Source of the DNA: Paraspadella gotoi
Taxonomy: Eukaryota > Animalia > Chaetognatha
Assembly (NCBI GenBank): GCA_051294375.1
Contig: CM119263.1
Span: forward strand, 11,058,703 to 11,122,702
DNA: 64,000 nucleotides
Reading direction: 5' to 3'
Part shown: one piece after another, positions 29,701 to 43,435 of the stretch
Position numbering within the stretch: position 1 is the stretch's first letter
Layout: each line of letters starts with the position of its first letter
Made by a program: the position numbers and the translations under genes
The notes under the pieces: model-generated
Databases searched by the model: none
What the model was told of the DNA's origin: nothing
The model's input: only the letters and a program-made list of their open reading frames with translations

Positions 29701-30969
29701 TTTGCACGAAAGTGTATCTATCTGCTGGTTAGTCGGTTAGTCTGCCCGTCCTACGTTGTTTGTCTTCAACCAGACCTATGAGCACTTCTTTTTGTCTGCC
29801 GATGTCTCGTTACCACCGGTCCGTTAATTCGTCCTCCGTTTTTCCTCGGTCAGTCCTCGTCCATTCGGTTGTCCGACGATCTTAGCATCGCCCGTTCTCG
29901 GTCGTTCCGTTTCCTTCCGTGAATCAGACTCGGACAAATCAACTCGATGCCTTCGTTTCTAAAAAAAAAAAAAAAAAAAAAAAAACCGCTCGTTTCACTT
30001 CAACTGCAGTCTCGCCGACTTTTAAACCATCCCAGAAACGACCACCACCCGTTCAGCCGGCTTCACCTCCCTACCCCCGCCCTCCGGTGCAAACCGCAGA
30101 CCCTCATCAGGGTCCCGCGCCGCTCGGGCGTCCCGCGCCCATCAGCCGTCGGGACTCGCTCTTCAATCATCCGCGGTCCGACGCCCGTGTGACTCATACG
30201 CGTCGGTTCTGGCGTCCGACGAGGAGACCGGGGCGGGGGCAAGAGGAGGGGTGAACAATGATGGCGTCGAAATCGGTTATGGGCGGCGCATTGTGTGTTC
30301 TTCTCGTCCGCGAACGATGATGAGGAATCGAATCGTGTCGGGGGAAGATGGGCCGGGGGGGTGGTGGGCGGGTTGGAATCGGTCCGTTGCGCGTCGAGTG
30401 ACGAGGGCTTTAATGGTTCTGGAATCATGAGTGAATGAGAAGAGCTTTATATAAGCGAACCGTTGGGGAGTTCAAATAGAATATATATCGATCTCGACTG
30501 GAATTATAATTACTTTTATGATTTAAAACTTCGAAAAATTAAATTTCACCGAATCAAATCTTAACTGTTCAGTGTTTACTCCGTTCAAATATTGCAGTTT
30601 CAGCATCGACGCGCGTGATTCTGTGATGATATCAATTGATGCCCGTCGCAGCAGACTCAGTGAGAGATGCCTGTTTGATAATGCGGAGACGATCGTCGTT
30701 AATGCGATTTCGTTTATTCGCGAATCTTGATGATGGGATGAAACCTCGGGGATTCTTCCAGGGTTTTGATGGGGAAGATGGGGGGGGTGGACGGCGGGAA
30801 CAGAATTTGGACTTGGTCGGGGGCGGAATAGAGAGTTTATGTGAATCTTCTGAGAGATGAATTGGGAGGCAAATTATCGTGAACTCATTCTTCTTTTGCT
30901 TTACAAAAATTAACTACTACTCATATTCCAATAGTAATTTGGTAGAGTAGTATGTGAAAGAGAGGAGAG

Positions 30970-31021
<52 letters not shown>

Positions 31022-31297
31022 GAGAGGAGAGACAAATAGATCACCATAAATAGATTATGTGAAAAGTCTTGAGAACTTGAATGACATATACGATTAAAAT
31101 AAAAAAAAAAAAGAGGAAGAAAATGATAACAATTAATCTAGTCTTGTCAATTTTATCGTTTTAGGCAACCGTGAGATCGTCAGCCTGTTGAATTAATTAT
31201 GTAAATGTTAGACGAGTATTAAATTAAGAAAAACGCGGAAATTAAAATCTCAGCATTAAGAAATCCTTATAGCCAACAGCCCTCTCTCCATCAACAA

Positions 31298-31536
31298 GGA
31301 GCAGAATACGCCGTCCCATCGTCGAGGCAAAACTTCAATCTCGTCATCTTCGCGCGTCCGAATCGGACGACCGCCGGAAAGTACGACTGCTCCGGCGGGC
31401 GCGCGCGTTGTGCAGTCTCCCGTGGTCTACTGGCCCGCTGTCGCGTGCTAGACGTATGCTGCGGCTGCAGGGAGGCGTCGTCGCGGAATTCCTTGCCGAC
31501 GGCCGAGCGTGCGGTCCGGCGAGGAGGAAGAGAGAG
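31298..31536 (+). pseudogene. Indel-ridden duplicate of the 24179-24400 Ig exon (probably uncorrected long-read sequence, not a real pseudo-exon)
   Basis: Co-linear with 24179-24400 (ggaaagtacgactgctccggcg, gaggaggaagagag|gtgagg) but with many 1-2 nt indels. It lies inside duplicate block C. Confidence 0.75.
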
Positions 31537-31988
31537 GTGAGGCGATTGAAGATAAGTTCATTAGTCAAAGCGAAACTTATCATTGCTTTATACCTTTATT
31601 TTTCAAATCATTCAACCAATTATTGTGTAGGCCTCAGCGAATTGTTTTTCTGTTTTTTTGTTTGGATTTTTTTGTCCTGAGAAACTCAGCTTTACTGACT
31701 AAAAGTAAACAAAGGAAAAATTGAAAGGACAAAACGTACCCAAAAAAAAAAGGGGGGAAAACCCGCCAAAAATAAAAAGGCGCGCCCGGCTCTGGCCGGT
31801 CATCAGTTTGCAGACAAAAAGCCTTCCGACGAGTCTTAAACGGCCGCGAAAGACAAACGGCCTCAATCAAAAACAAGAGCCGAAAATAACGTATAAAGAT
31901 AACGAAAAAAAACAGAAAGGGAAAAAGAAGGAGGAGAACGTAGGAGAAAGGATGAAAACAGTGGGAGACTGGGAGAGGGGAAGGGGAG

Positions 31989-32023
<35 letters not shown>

Positions 32024-32776
32024 AGAGAGAGAGACGAGAGATGAGAGAGAGAGAGAGAGAGAGACAAAGCTGCACAGTTCACTTAGACAAAAAGTGAAAA
32101 AAGATTTGTCACAAAGAAAACTTGAGTAAAACAGAAAAAAAAGTAGAAGACAATCAAATTCAAATGGTAAAAATGAATCTAAAAGTAGTAAGAATAAATC
32201 GTGAAAAAAAAAGAGAACACGAAAAGGACAAGTCGAGTGTAAAAAGAAGAAAAAAAAAGGAAGGAAAAGGTAGAAAAGAAAAAAAAGAAAGGGAATGCCG
32301 GTCACGCTCGGGCGTCAACGGTCGGTAATCCGAGGCCAGGACACGGCAGAACCAGAAACAGTAAACACGTCCCAAAACATTTTCTATCGGCCACTCCGAC
32401 CTTTTTTTTCCGCTACTCTCACTCGCTTGTTTTCACCGAAGCTTCCTATTACCCATTTTAGACAGTCGAACGGACAAAACTGTTCAACAGATATACACTT
32501 TTTTTCATAAAAAGAAAAATAGTAAACTTTAAAGTTTAACTAGACTGATGGTCTTTGCTCATCCTCCTCTTTCCTTTCTCTCGCTCTCATCATACTTCTT
32601 TCTTTCCTCCCTTCTCCTCCTCCTCCTCTCCCTTCAACCTCCTCTTATTCCCAAACACCTCGTCAACTTCTGGCGGCCTGTGAAAAGTTCGATAAGAAAG
32701 GCGAAGAGTTCAGCGACGCCAGACTAGGGGTCAAGGGGAGAGGGGGCTGCGAGCGCGTGAGCGTGTGAATCGGCGA

Positions 32777-32888
<112 letters not shown>

Positions 32889-34747
32889 AAGAGAGAGAGA
32901 AAGAGAGGAAGTGTGAAAAGAGAGAGAAAGAGGCGTGTGAACGTGAGAAGCGTAAGAACTTGGGAGGATGTGATTGAACGATTGAGTGGTTGGACGAGAG
33001 AGTGGGTTTAAGACTGAGTACGTGAGAGGAAGCGTGAGGCTTTCACTGCCATGTGGGGAGGAAAAAAAGATGAAAAAGAAAAAGAAACAGTGAGAGGGAG
33101 ATGTTGAAACAGTTGAACAATTAACATTAGATTAGAGAAATTGGGAGTTTGAACATATTTTGTAGAGAGATCAAAGCCAAAGGTTAAAAACAGAAGATAA
33201 TTTTTTAGTAAAACAGTATAATGTATAATGTATAATCTCTGCCGAAGTTAACTTAGACTAATAATCCCTGGTCAGTTCCCAGTCTCAAGACATGCTCTTG
33301 CCTTCCTTTCCTATTCACAGCGCCCTAAATCATTCTCTGACTCTCTTATTGATTCATCTCTCCCTCTCTGTTCCCCCTCTCCTTCTTTGCTCACTAAAGG
33401 GGAAAAGAGTTCATAAAAAAGATTGGAAGAATTTGTGGCGGAAACTTCCATTAAAAAAGCGCCCGTTGGGGGCAGCGAGCGCGCTTGGGGGTAGAGACGG
33501 CAGAAAAGCGACTGTTGTAAGAAACTAATGAGAAAAGACGCTTAAGCCTTCACAAATTATTACTAGTTCGAAAACGGGTAACGGCGCACGTACAACCGAA
33601 AGTATTTATTGCAAGTTCGAGACTATTCTAGAGAAATTGTTACGCTTGCGAAATATTCGTAAGAAACGACGATGATGTTGCCATCTCTGTTCGCCAAGAA
33701 AAGAAGTTTGCTTTTTTGGCTACAGAAGGAACAAACAGGCGAATACTGACACAAGGACCGAAGAGATGCTTGGCAACGAGAGAGAGAGAGAGAGAGAGAG
33801 AAAGCAAGCCTGGTTATTAGCATTTTGGCCGCTGGAGGCCGCGATGGAGGCTGGACGTAACCCAGAAAGCTGCCGCTCCTCCCGGGACTCGACGGATTTT
33901 CTTTCCCCAGCCAAACGATTATGCGTCAGACGAAAAGTGGAGAAAAAAAGTTTTAAGTTGCGTCGTGTGACTCCATGAGGCGGTGGGGCGCCTGGTGGCT
34001 GAGTTTGTCTCGTTTACGTAGCCAAAGTAATATACAGACTACTATTAACTTAATAATTAAGTTATTAAGTTATTAAGTTATGTATTCAGACCTCCCAAAA
34101 AAAGTAAGTTTCGCTGCCTTATGTTCCTTATGTTTTTAAGTTCGATGGTGGAAAAGAGATGGGCGACTCGTAAAACCAGTTATTGTCAGTTTCTTCCTTT
34201 TTTCTCCAAAAAACCAATAGGCGCTGTACATATATTTTTTAAGAGAGAAGCGAATCAGCTTTTCGCTTTCTCGATTTCTCAACAGAAGCTTCGCTTTTTT
34301 TTTTCGTCCCATCGTAAATACTTTTCTGTTGCTTATCTTCACAAATGTTTTGTGTCTCGATCGTCTGTTTCCGTTTTGTTTCCTCCATTTTTTGTCTGTT
34401 TTTCTTCACCCTTTTTCTTCTTTCCATCTCCAATCGACTTCGAAACAAACGTTTTCATTGAGAATTTATAACTACTTATGAAATTTGTACAACTTATACT
34501 TAGTGCTACGCGGCTTTCTTTCCTCTATGGAAATGCTCTTGTACTTTCAACGCTCAACATTCCAGTTTTTTTGGTTTAGTTTTTAGTTCCATTTCTCTCT
34601 TTTTCATCTCATTTTCCAACCTAATCCTCTTTCCGTCTTACATCTTTAAACCAACCTTTTTTCTAATTTTTTTTTTCAGTCTCTTTTTCGTATTTTTCGG
34701 TCGTACAGAGTCTCTCTCTCCCTGTCTGTCCCTACGTCCCTCAGTAC

Positions 34748-34883
<136 letters not shown>

Positions 34884-35270
34884 CTTTGTTTGCCTTCGCG
34901 CTGGATTTCCATGTTTAGGTCATCAACAGATTTTTGTTGTTTTTGTCATCAGCATATTTTTTTCTCGTTTTCCCCTCTCGGGCGGGACGTCCCTATGACC
35001 GTCATAAAAACATTTAAGTGTGTTCCCTTTTTTGACCATTTTTGTCCAACGTCGCTTTTTAACATCTACTTTTGTTTTATTCTATCGTTTTGACTGCCAA
35101 ATGTTTGCCGTTGTTCTTAGCATCCGTCAAAAAGTTAATCGAGTAGTGCAAACTTGTTTTTTTTTTTTTAATATAATTTTTTTTTCTTTGAGCATTTGAC
35201 ATCAAACATAACCACGAGTGTAAAGCATCAGACGTCAGCATCAGGCCAATCAAGAAGCGACGTTAACACA

Positions 35271-35308
<38 letters not shown>

Positions 35309-36411
35309 CAAAACGAAGAGGGTCCCCATCTCCCCAACCCCGTCTCGCGGTTAAGAGTCTTTGCTCCCAATTCCCTCAAAAGATATTAAGGAGGCGGAAA
35401 GAAGAAAAAAAAACCGAGTCGAGTTTTTCGTTTTCCTTTCGAGAGAAAAAAAAAAGTCGGTGAAGGTCGAATGAAGCGTCGCCGTTGAAGATTCGCCCTA
35501 GTGGCGGCCGCCGTAATGGCGTCGCTGGATGGTCCAGAATGTTTCGGGTTCCAGGTTGACACGTATCATTCCTTAAGAAAATGATAATTTGACGTTGAAA
35601 GAAGTCATTTATAAGTATCGATTGGCAAACAATGCAATGAAATTAGCGGATTAAAAATAAAATCTCAGTAGTTAGGTTGGTACAGGTATTTACAGTACTG
35701 GTAGATTTATAAAAAAAAAAAAACACTAAAAAAAAGAATTTTTGCTTCTCGCAAATATCATTTAAACGTTTTAAAGTGTTTCTTATAAATATTAAATTTG
35801 TCATTTTACATATTTACTCTCTCTTCTGTATTCTAAATCAACGTGACTAAGTTTAAACCAAAAAAAAAAGAAGCCTCACACGCCAACTCTCACACACATA
35901 CACCTGTTTTCGATTTTGCACCTGTCTTTGGATGACCCCAAGAGGTGAAAGGTGAGAGACAAACGTCCACGTCTCAGGTGCCTTTAAAGGATGACCAATG
36001 GAAGAAGAGGCTTTCGTCTCGAGAAGCGAGAGGAAAATCGGGTTTGAATATTGGGACTTGGGGGGGGGAAGTCTCGAAGGGGAAATAATAAAGGTGTGGA
36101 TTTGGCACGAGATCCGAATTTGAGACGAGATAGATTTCGAAAAAAAAAAAAAAAAAATTTACAATGCCGCGAATCCAAGGATTACATTTTTTAACTTCCT
36201 AACCTCGATCGTTCTCCCTCACCAAAAAAAAAAAAGAAAGAAGTAATCTTCGTTTGTTTATTTGGCCTCACAAACGTTTCTTTTTCACAAAAGTCCTCGC
36301 GTTCACGGATTCACCCAACCCGAGCGACTTCAATCAAAGTCAATCACCTAAAATAGAGACACCAAAACATCACCTCTTTCATCTTCTTCTCCTTCTTCTC
36401 TTCCTCCTCAG

Positions 36412-36526
36412 GTCGACGTCCTCCGCCTCGTCCTCCACCGCCTCCTCCTCTTCCTCCTCCTCCTCTGTCACTTCCTCAAGGTCCTCAACTCATTCGGCTC
36501 TGATCAAGTGGCGACNNNNNNNNNNG
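36412..36526 (+). CDS. Multi-Ig protein exon: Ser-rich loop and C-strand Trp of Ig2 (RSTSSASSSTASSSSSSSSVTSSRSSTHSALIKWR...)
   Basis: Strong pyrimidine tract plus ctcag acceptor; the phase-2 start matches the 24400 donor. It supplies the missing IKW of Ig2. The 3' end is obscured by a 10-N gap (36516-36525), so the end coordinate is approximate. Confidence 0.7.
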
Positions 36527-37642
36527 GCAAGGGTCGACGCTAACGTCGTCGTCCCGATTTTCTTTCGGTTTTCCCGAGATAAGTGACACATAATTTTCTT
36601 TTCACGTTCGAGAGGTTAATACGAAGCTGTGAGAGTCGGAGAGAGCGAGGTTGTTGTAAGAAGAAGAAACTTGGGGGGGGGGAGTAGGATAAAATGAAAT
36701 TTGAGAGAAAAACTGCGACCTTTATGGGCGAATTAATTTTCGAAACACTAAATATTAGGTTCATAAAAATCGTGATCAGGGCGAAATTAAAGATAACTTT
36801 GATATCATATTTCGTATTCTAATTTTTTTTGTTTGAAACTAAATTTTAATCTCGATTCTAGATAATGTGTATGATATAGACCACAAGAACATCGTTAGTT
36901 CTACGATCCAAAATATAAAAAAAAGCCAGGGAATTTCAGCCTTAAGAAGGACGACAAATATTTAAAACCCTTTTGCCCGACAATGAAAAATATCTTGATT
37001 CTTGTAAGACAAATAATTCAGTGTCTCCCATTTTGAGCCGAAGAAGAAAAAGAATCGTCTCTGTTTTCTAAAAATAGAAAGTCACTATCGAGTGAGAAGA
37101 AATGAGAGAGAAAATTAGAAAGAGCTGGAAGAGGCGCGAGGAAAAGCATTATTCATTCGCTCGCAAGAAGTTCTCTCTCTCTCTCACTCTCTCTCTCTCT
37201 CTCTCTCTCNNNNNNNNNNNNNNNNNNNNNNNNNNNNNNNNNNNNNNNNNNNNNNNNNNNNNNNNNNNNNNNNNNNNNNNNNNNNNNNNNNNNNNNNNNN
37301 NNNNNNNNNNNNNNNNNNNNNNNNNNNNNNNNNNNNNNNNNNNNNNNNNNNNNNNNNNNNNNNNNNNNNNNNNNNNNNNNNCTCGACTTTATATTCCATA
37401 ACTTTTTCTTTCTCTCAAGAGGCAGTGATTCTTTACCCACTTCATCACAAGGATTCACAGACTTTAAATCACGAAAGACGCGAAAAGGGAGAGGAGGAGG
37501 AAGAGGAGGAAGAGGAGATTGAAGGAGGAAAAAAAAAGGGCATGGGAGGGAAGAGGGGGGCAGTGGGGAAAAATCTAATCGTTTATGTTGTCGTGAATAT
37601 AATTCTTAACGAGAGAAAGAGAGAGAGAGAGAAAGAGGGAGA

Positions 37643-37721
<79 letters not shown>

Positions 37722-38486
37722 CACACTCTCACACACGAGTAGGAGGAAAGGGTAAGAGAGAAAAAAAAAGGTCAAAAAGAAGATGAGAAGATAAAATCTT
37801 GATTAGGTATTAGGCAAGAATTTAATCAGAATTCTTTCATTCGTTTTCTTCATTAATTCTATTTTTTTCGAACTCTATTTTAAAGAAAAGAATTTTTTTC
37901 CCTTCATTTCGAGCGGAAGTCGAATAATTTTTGCCAAAGATAAAAAAGAAAAAAGGAAAAATATTTCGCGTCTTTATTTCAACAAAAGAAATAAATCTGC
38001 AACTGTTCTGCAATTCGAGGCTTCGACGCTCAGCAAAGAAAAGACGATTTAAGAATTAATTTTCAAATATTTAAAGAATGTCTCCAGAAGAGTTAGACCT
38101 ATTTAATTTTTCCGCGTCCTTAAAAAGAGAGAAATTGGTTTATAATGTTAAAACTCGTAGTTAAAGATAAATATTTTTTTCGCGTNNNNNNNNNNNNNNN
38201 NNNNNNNNNNNNNNNNNNNNNNNNNNNNNNNNNNNNNNNNNNNNNNNNNNNNNNNNNNNNNNNNNNNNNNNNNNNNNNNNNNNNNNNNNNNNNNNNNNNN
38301 NNNNNNNNNNNNNNNNNNNNNNNNNNNNNNNNNNNNNNNNNNNNNNNNNNNNNNNNNNNNNNNNNNNNNNNNNNNNNNNNNTTCCTCCGCCTCATCTCCA
38401 TTTTTCTCTCTTCCCTCTCTTCCTCCACTCCTCCCCCTTCTTCGTACCTCCTCCCCAACCCCTCTCCCTCTCCCTTTCTCTCTCAG

Positions 38487-38696
38487 GGTAAAATAACTTT
38501 CAACGAGCGCGGGAGCCTAACTTCCGGTCACGTGACGTCGACGCTGCGCATGGCGCCGTCATTCTCGGATCACGGACGCGCGTTGGGCTGTCAGGTGCTG
38601 CACCCTCGCTGGAACCTGACGCACCAGGCGCCCGCCTGTCAGTTCCAACCGCTGCAGATACGGTTCTCGCCCAAACTCATCTGCCCGTCGCAACAG
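38487..38696 (+). CDS. Multi-Ig protein exon: second half of C2-set Ig2 and start of Ig3
   Basis: Acceptor tctcag| and donor CAG|gtgaag, 210 nt, phase 0-0. STLRMAPSFSDHGRALGCQVLHP matches the S.L...P...D.G..L.C.V.HP pattern of CD80-like C2-set domains (nephrin/kirre/nectin type). Confidence 0.9.
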
Positions 38697-40911
38697 GTGA
38701 AGGAGGAAAGGGTGGCGGGGAGTGGAGAGTAGGGTGCTGGCAGTGGGGAGTGGGGCAGAGGCTCGAAGATGAGAAGGGATGCCTTGTCGTTGTCGTCGTC
38801 GTTCCAGTCAACTGAGACAAAGGATCTCCAGAGCCGAAATCCAACTCGCACATTTCAAAACATCCGCCTTTTTTCTTTTCTGCCGAAAAAAAAAAAAACT
38901 TGGAATGAAAAATTCTTAGTCATCGTCGTCGGCTCTTCCGCCATTGTTGATTTCGAAGGAGAGGGAAAAATTCCATCTTGTCGTCGTCTTCGTCGTCGTC
39001 GTTTTAGTCGTCGTCGTTGTTGTGAACGTTGTTGACGATCACGTCGGTTAGCGTCATGCAAAAATGAAAGAGGTGATTCGTCATCGTAGCCCCGACTTAT
39101 TCAGAAACTGCCATCTTGTTCACTCTATGATTTTGTCGTCGGAATTCGGATTAGGATTAGGTAAAGAGTTTGGATGTGATCAATTTTAAACGAGACTTGA
39201 CTCAGCATTTGTGACGATCGAATGATTTGTGATTTCTTTTAAAAGATATCAATAAGGAGAATCCTTCTCGAGCGATATTCTAAACGGAGTTGCTCCCTCT
39301 CCCCGACTGTTGTGCTGAATCGGTTAAGGGGAGAAAATTTCTACGAATCGTCGTCGAATGGATTTCCCTTTAGACTTTAGACTTTAGCAATTCGAATTTC
39401 GAATCCAAAAGAATTTCAAAGTCGTCGTCCTAGTTATCGTCGTCGTCGACGTCACGCACCGGTGACTTTTTTTGCGACTTTTAAAAAACGGGTACATATT
39501 GAAAAAAAAAAAATCAAAATCGTTTTCAATTCCAAGATTTTTTTTTTTGCGACTTTTTTTCTTATTTTTCAATTTAAATTTATTATTTAATCGTTTTATT
39601 CGATTTTTTTCTCGCAATAAAGCCTAAACTCGCAATGGTTTTTTGAGGAGGGGGGAAAAGAGCGAGAAAAAAAAAGGAAAAAAAAAAAAAGAATTCGATT
39701 CTGTATGAATACAAAATGGCATTAAAAGGGTCGGCCTCCCTTCCATTTTCGGTTCTTGTTTCCGCTATGGAAGAAATGGAGGCAATCACGATTGGTGGTT
39801 CAATCTTGTTCGCAGGGTAAAGGATCGAAAATGAGGCGGAGGAGGGGGGTGGGCGTGGTAGAGGGGTGGGGAGGAGGCTTGTCTGGGTTGGTTAATCACG
39901 CGGAACGGGTAAGGTCAATCTTTCGGCATAAAAGTGCAATGAATGGAAAATGACGTTCGACGCCGTCGTCTACATCGTCGCGGTTCGTTCGTCGCGAGTC
40001 GTTCGTCGTTCGCACCAATTCGTTCGTCGCTCATCCCAGTTTTTATACATTTTGTAGTATCTTCTCATTTCTTCAATAGTTAATCGTCATTTACTGTCGA
40101 ATGTCGAAACCCCTTTTCAATTAGTTGTCCGTTTTCTATTGTTTCTTTATTATTGTACTTCGATGTTAGCCGTCATTTGTATTTCGTTTTTCTTCTTATT
40201 GAATGAATGTCGTTCAGTTTCACTGTCGTCTGCAGGAATTCGTGGCTCATTCGTTGTTATCGTTGTCATGGTGATCGTTTCTGGACGTAAATATTCAAGA
40301 AAAACAGTTTTTTTTTTCTATTTTTTTCCACCGTCACGTTCGGTTTTCCGTATTTTTTCTGCTTTTTCGCCTTTTTTCTGTTCGCGCGACTCTTTTTGTC
40401 AGTTCTGTTTGTTTATGTTGTTGTTGTCCGTCTTTTTGTCGATAAACGCTACTACTTTCTAACGTCTTCGTCGTCGTCGTCGTCGTTTCTGTCGTCGTCG
40501 CAATGTTGTCTTCGTTCTCGTCCTTGTCAACGTCTTCGTCTCAATTGTCGTCATCTTCAATATTTCCGCCGATTAAGTTCGTGTAATATTCGATAAAATA
40601 ATATCGAAACTTGTAATCTCGTATTTTGCTCTTTGATGCTGTCGTCATCGTCATCGTCATTGCCATCGTCGTCATCGTCGTCGTCATCGTCGTCGCCCTT
40701 CCCTTTTAGACGCATGAGATTTAAAATAAAAATCCCTAAATTCTGGGTCACGTGATTAATGACCCGTAAAATGAAGAAGCTGACCCGAGGAAAAGTTTTG
40801 CTTCGCAGCGCAGAAGAAATTGAAGGCTGCAACAATTCTGATGCACAAGAAGAAAGAAAGAAGAAAGAGAGAAAAGAGAAAGAGAGAGAGTAGAGGAGGG
40901 AGAGAGAGAGA

Positions 40912-40958
<47 letters not shown>

Positions 40959-42008
40959 AGATAAGACACAATCAACAATTCCTTAGTAATTTTTCTTTTT
41001 TAGTTTTTTGAATCATCCTCTTTTTTGTTTGTGTGTCCCATTTTTTAAAACTTTTTTATCGTCATTTTTCAATCGTTTTTCTTTCCCTTTCCCCCGTTCA
41101 CTCCGCCCGCCCACCGCCCCCTCTAAACCCCCCAAGACTGCTCGAAGATGATTCCGCATTCAGAGTCGCCCTTCCTTCACTTTTCCCGCATTTTTCATCC
41201 CAGTGACAATTCACGGTCGCGTCCGGCCCATTTCTACGTCATTTAGCGCCCCCGTCGGCCGATCCCGGGTCGGCCACGCCCCTTTTTTTGTACCCGCGAC
41301 GCCCCCATTCGCCATTCGCGCCAACGACGCCATGTCGGCATCCGCGTCATTTATGATTTGGGGAGCGACTCAAGATGGCGCTCGACTGATCGTCACTACT
41401 ACAAACAAAAAGTGAAAAAGACCCTCGCGTCTTTCCGATGCGATTTTTGTTGAGGAAGAGAAGAGATATTTTGTGACGTGACCGAGCCTCGCTTTGGTTT
41501 AGGGTTCTCGTCACTGCTCAGATGTCGTCGGGTCATCGTCGGGATTTCCGCGCCGGATACATTTCGATTTTCTGCAACTGCTGCCCCGAGCGAAGGACAA
41601 GAAAATCCACAGCCAAAGATTTTTAACAATAGTTTAGTCTCTTTCGTGAGTCAGGCATCTCATATTCAATGTCGTTTTTCTTTAGTTTTATTGATCATCT
41701 CAGATTCTGACTTTTCGTCAAGTCAATGTGCGCTTTTCATTCCGCTACTGTTTATCTCATCTGATCGAAGTTGGAGTTTTTTCAAAAAATCTTCGGAATA
41801 ATAACTTTGTTGTTTCTTCTTCTTTTTTTTACGATACTCCGTTCATCACCCCATGATGGCCAATTATCTATGACCTAATTTGACATCAGTCTCCCGACGA
41901 GAAACTCCTCCCTTGTCCTCAGCCCTTCTTCCGTAGTCGGCGTTCAACCAACCGGAAGCGAGTCCCGTCGTCGTCTTTCTGCAGGTGACGGATCGCCGTT
42001 TTGTCCAC

Positions 42009-42056
<48 letters not shown>

Positions 42057-42351
42057 CAAACAAAAAAGGCGCTTCTTTGCTTCTCAGATAAATAACGAGA
42101 GCGAGAGAGTGAAAGAGAGAGAGAGAGCGAGAGAGAAAAAAACAAAAAACTAACGACCATTATTTAAAAACATCTTCGCTCGCTCAACTTCCTCCCTTTC
42201 CTCCGCCCCGTCGAAACAAAACGATACTCGTCCGCTAAAAAAAATATTTCATCACTTAAAAAACAAGGATGAAAGAATCATTAGTTAAAAAACGAAAACT
42301 GTTCGTGATGGCGATGGAGGCGTGAGAAAAACTCCTCGGCTTCACTCGACG

Positions 42352-42694
42352 GCTCCACTAGTCCGCTCCACTAGTCCGCTCTACTAGTCCGCTCCACTTG
42401 CCGCTCTTATAGTGTAGTCGTTCTGGCTCGATAGCAAGGCCCTGTGATATTTTCCGTCATCCACCCTACTAAGCTCTTATAGTGTAGTCGTTCTGAATCG
42501 ATAGCGATGCCCTATGATATTTTTCATCATCCTCCCTACTAAGCTCTGATAGTGTTGTCATTCTGGCTCAATAGCAAGGCCCTGTGATATTTTTCATCAT
42601 CCACCCTACTAAGCTCTTATAGTGTAGTCGTTCTGGCTCGATAGCGAGGACCTGTGATATTTTCCGTCATCCACCCTACTAAGCTCTTATAGTG
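42352..42694 (+). repeat. Compound minisatellite: 13-bp unit x~4 followed by 70-bp unit x~4.2
   Basis: (gctccactagtcc)n spans 42352-42402. gctcttatagtgtagtcgttctggctcgatagc..ccaccctactaa units then start at 42403, 42473, 42543, 42613 and 42683. Confidence 0.9.
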
Positions 42695-43398
42695 CGTCCT
42701 TCTTTTCCATTTCCATTTCCATGAGTTTCCATTTATGAGTTTTTCTCCCACAAAACGTTTTTTTTTCTCGGTTTTTCTCATTAAGTTAGAAAAAACGTGA
42801 TTTAACTCAATTTTTTTGTTTCTTCGCTTTTACTCATTTTTTTCTCGCAAACTAAAGAACCTCCGCGAGGTCGCGCTCAGTCCTTTTCACTCGATCGTAT
42901 TCGGTCCCCTCCGTGTTTCCTTACAGCAATAACAATTCAAAGTTATCACCACCTTCACACTTTTTGTGTCCCCATTCATCAAAATTACGAGCATACTACA
43001 TCTTCTATTTAACTCAATTAGTCATTATCCAATCAATGACCACCACTACTTCCGTCGCTGCTCAACTCTTCGCTTTCACTTCCCACTTCCAACGCATCCC
43101 CTTCTTCGAAGACTCTCCTCGCCCACTCTACCAACCGCGAGAGTCCCAGTCATTTTCGAGGGAAAGGCTCTGAGACTCGTAATGTTTTTTGTGGCTCCAT
43201 CGTGGTCATGACGTCGTCGTCGTCGTCGTCGTCGTCGCTCTCGTTATTGGCGAGGGCGTCGTATTTTTTTTTTCGGCGAAGTCACCGACTTGAGTGTCGT
43301 AATTTTTCGACGAAAAGAGCGCCTGCGCTCGAGCAGCCTTTTTGTAAACAAAAAAAAAGGAAAACAAAAACCAATTAAAATCAGGCAAAGGAGTCGAA

Positions 43399-43435
<37 letters not shown>

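Larger units (their letters stand above)
24844..31958 (+). repeat. Duplicate block C
   Basis: Starts at the same base as block B. The first ~1.9 kb give identical ORFs at +6925; the rest diverges by scattered indels. Confidence 0.9.

Noticed and set aside
31298-31536. Duplicated Ig exon as a mutually exclusive alternative exon
   Set aside because: It has multiple frameshifting indels and lies in a block that looks like uncorrected read sequence.
33986-34006. ggggcgcctggtggctgagt resembling the 5' end of a tRNA-derived SINE
   Set aside because: No B-box or cloverleaf follows.
42403-42694. 70-bp periodic array as a CRISPR array
   Set aside because: Whole units are repeated with no unique spacers, there are no cas genes, and the context is eukaryotic.
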